Positions 63,002-64,000 of a stretch of 64,000 nt of DNA are shown piece by piece. The stretch is from Limisphaerales bacterium (GTDB lineage: Bacteria; Verrucomicrobiota; Verrucomicrobiia; Limisphaerales; Palsa-1400). Under the pieces are notes generated by a model that saw nothing but the letters and a program-made list of their open reading frames with translations, was not told where the DNA came from and did no database searches. Within the stretch, counting starts at the first letter, position 1. Each line of letters begins with the position of its first letter. Position numbers and translations under genes: made by a program. The stretch lies in NCBI GenBank assembly GCA_052139695.1, contig JBKQWF010000307.1, positions 72,297 to 136,296 on the forward strand, given 5' to 3'.

Positions 63002-63817
63002 ATGACGCTTCGATTCGAGCGCTACGTCGCGATTGGCGACAGTTCCACCGAGGGGCTCGAAGACCCGGATGGGGCGGGCGGTTACCGTGGCTTGGCGAAC
63101 CGTCTGGCCGAGCACGTGGCGCAAGCGCAGGGCGGGTTGCTCTACGCTAACCTGGGTGTGCGCGGCAAGCGCTCCCGGGAAATCCGCGAGGAGCAACTTG
63201 GACCAGCGCTCGCCATGAAGCCCGACCTCGCGACGGTTTTCGCGGGCTCAAATGACATCCTCGAACGTGGTTTCGATGCTGGCAAGCTGAGGGCGGAACT
63301 TGAGTGCATGATGGGAGCGCTCGTCAGCGGGAAAGCGGTCGTGTTGACCTTCACGCTCCCTGATCTTACCGGCGTTATGCCGATCGGCCGTTTCCTGGCT
63401 CCCCGAGTCCGGGCAATGAATCACGCCATCCGCGAGGCCGCTGCTTCCACCGGCGCCCGCCTCATTGACTTTGCCGCATACTCGGTCGGTTCCGACCCGC
63501 GACTTTGGAGCGAGGACCGCTTCCACGCAAACGCCGAAGGCCACTCCCGGATCGCGGCGGCGCTGGCTCAGGCCCTCGGCCTGCCGCGGACTGATGATGC
63601 CTGGCAGCAGCCACTGCCGGAGGGGAACACACGGAGCCAGCGGACCCGTATAGCCGAAACCTGGTCTTGGTACCGGCACCACTTGCTGGAACGCCTTTGG
63701 TCGGGCAGCAGTGTCGAAGCACAATGTCACCCCAAGCGTCCCCGGCTGAAGGAGGTGCATCTTGGCACGCCCGAAATGGTGGCCCGCCCCGGTAACGCTC
63801 CGGGTTCCACGGCTTAA
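63002..63817 (+). CDS. SGNH/GDSL-family hydrolase
   Basis: Block I YVAIGDSSTEG, block III FAGSNDIL and block V DRFHANAEGH. I place the start at MTLRFERY; the tracked ORF starts at 62963. The last roughly 14 codons overlap a minus-strand tRNA-like gene. Confidence 0.8.
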   Translation: MTLRFERYVAIGDSSTEGLEDPDGAGGYRGLANRLAEHVAQAQGGLLYANLGVRGKRSREIREEQLGPALAMKPDLATVFAGSNDILERGFDAGKLRAELECMMGALVSGKAVVLTFTLPDLTGVMPIGRFLAPRVRAMNHAIREAAASTGARLIDFAAYSVGSDPRLWSEDRFHANAEGHSRIAAALAQALGLPRTDDAWQQPLPEGNTRSQRTRIAETWSWYRHHLLERLWSGSSVEAQCHPKRPRLKEVHLGTPEMVARPGNAPGSTA

Positions 63818-63850
63818 AAGACCGCGGCTTCACTTTAAAGCTTGCAGGCC
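63777..63850 (-). tRNA. tRNA-like gene, Lys-type, anticodon UUU, non-canonical T loop
   Basis: Hand-folded, 74 nt. Acceptor GGCCUGC/GCGGGCC, A73, CCA. D stem GCUU/AAGC. Anticodon loop CUUUUAA. T arm CCCGG-AGCGUUA-CCGGG. Confidence 0.6.
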
Positions 63851-63854
63851 GAAA

Positions 63855-63930
63855 TGGTGCTCGCGGTAGGAATCGCACCTGCACTGGCGACGCTCTCGAC
63901 GTCGTGTCTCTGCTGTTGGACTAAGCGAGC
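63855..63930 (-). tRNA. tRNA-like gene of unclear isotype (loop UCGAGAG, apparent anticodon GAG, short variable arm)
   Basis: Hand-folded, 76 nt. Acceptor has 6 of 7 pairs, A73, CCA. Anticodon arm CGACG-UCGAGAG-CGUCG. T arm GCAGG-UGCGAUU-CCUAC with one mismatch. Confidence 0.45.
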
Positions 63931-63938
63931 AAAGGAAA

Positions 63939-64000
63939 TGGAGCCTCCAGACGGTGATGCTCCGTCTGGATTTCTTTACAAAAGAAATCCGCAGGCTGCT
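63939..64000 (-). tRNA. Partial tRNA-like gene, Thr-type, anticodon UGU (5' part beyond window end)
   Basis: The 3' end is ...GACGG-AGCAUCA-CCGUC-UGGAGGC-U-CCA. The anticodon arm has loop UUUGUAA. It is truncated by the window edge. Confidence 0.45.

Noticed and set aside
63698-63775. Possible seventh tRNA-like unit (TGG…CCCGAAA) inside the SGNH coding region.
   Set aside because: Only a 6-bp acceptor-like pairing and a CCA complement could be found. There are no convincing D, anticodon or T arms, and the segment is covered by conserved hydrolase coding sequence.
1-64000. Scan for CRISPR arrays, rRNA genes, IS transposases, integrases or prophage structural genes.
   Set aside because: I saw no regularly spaced direct repeats of 25-40 bp, no rRNA-like conserved stretches, and no DDE, tyrosine or serine recombinase motifs in any ORF of the track.

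Overview
About 60% GC bacterial chromosomal segment. The gene content looks like the PVC superphylum or Verrucomicrobia: giant beta-propeller/Y_Y_Y and discoidin sensor kinases, ECF sigma/anti-sigma pairs, and many secreted multiheme cytochromes. This taxonomic call is inference only. All product calls come from motifs I could read in the translated ORFs; no database search was possible.

Layout:
- 0.7-7.5 kb, minus strand: receiver-only response regulator, then RND pump, MFP and outer-membrane factor. A roughly 210-bp palindromic REP/MITE-like element sits inside this operon.
- 7.8-12.7 kb: a two-domain His-motif protein split by an in-frame TAG, an M19 dipeptidase, and an ECF sigma module.
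- 12.9-21.4 kb: two tandem giant orphan sensor histidine kinases.
- 23.0-39.1 kb, minus strand, one tightly packed unit: feoA-like gene, nuoA-B-C-D-I-H-J-K-L-M-M-N, then pyruvate:ferredoxin oxidoreductase (nifJ). There is no nuoEFG, nuoM is duplicated and NuoL is lengthened.
- 39.6-48.9 kb: hemA, two 9-heme secreted cytochromes, an 8-heme periplasmic lipoprotein cytochrome and a 695-aa outer-membrane beta-barrel. This is a porin-cytochrome type conduit.
- 49.0-51.6 kb: YtrA-type GntR/ABC operon with a palindromic operator.
- 51.9-56.4 kb: two monoheme cytochromes c, a NapC/NirT-type 7-heme membrane cytochrome (ImcH-like), and an 11-heme cytochrome c fused to a cytochrome b domain (CbcL-like).
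- 56.5-64 kb, accessory-looking end: 3'-truncated class II Fic gene abutting a truncated GGQ release-factor-like gene; an ECF sigma pseudogene (8-bp tandem duplication) with intact partner genes; PAP2, YjbQ, SnoaL and an HNH nuclease; and an array of at least six tightly spaced, CCA-encoding, non-canonical tRNA-like genes split by an SGNH hydrolase gene and running off the window end.

I saw no rRNA, CRISPR array, transposase or integrase. The high GC content produces many long antisense ORFs, which I treat as spurious.
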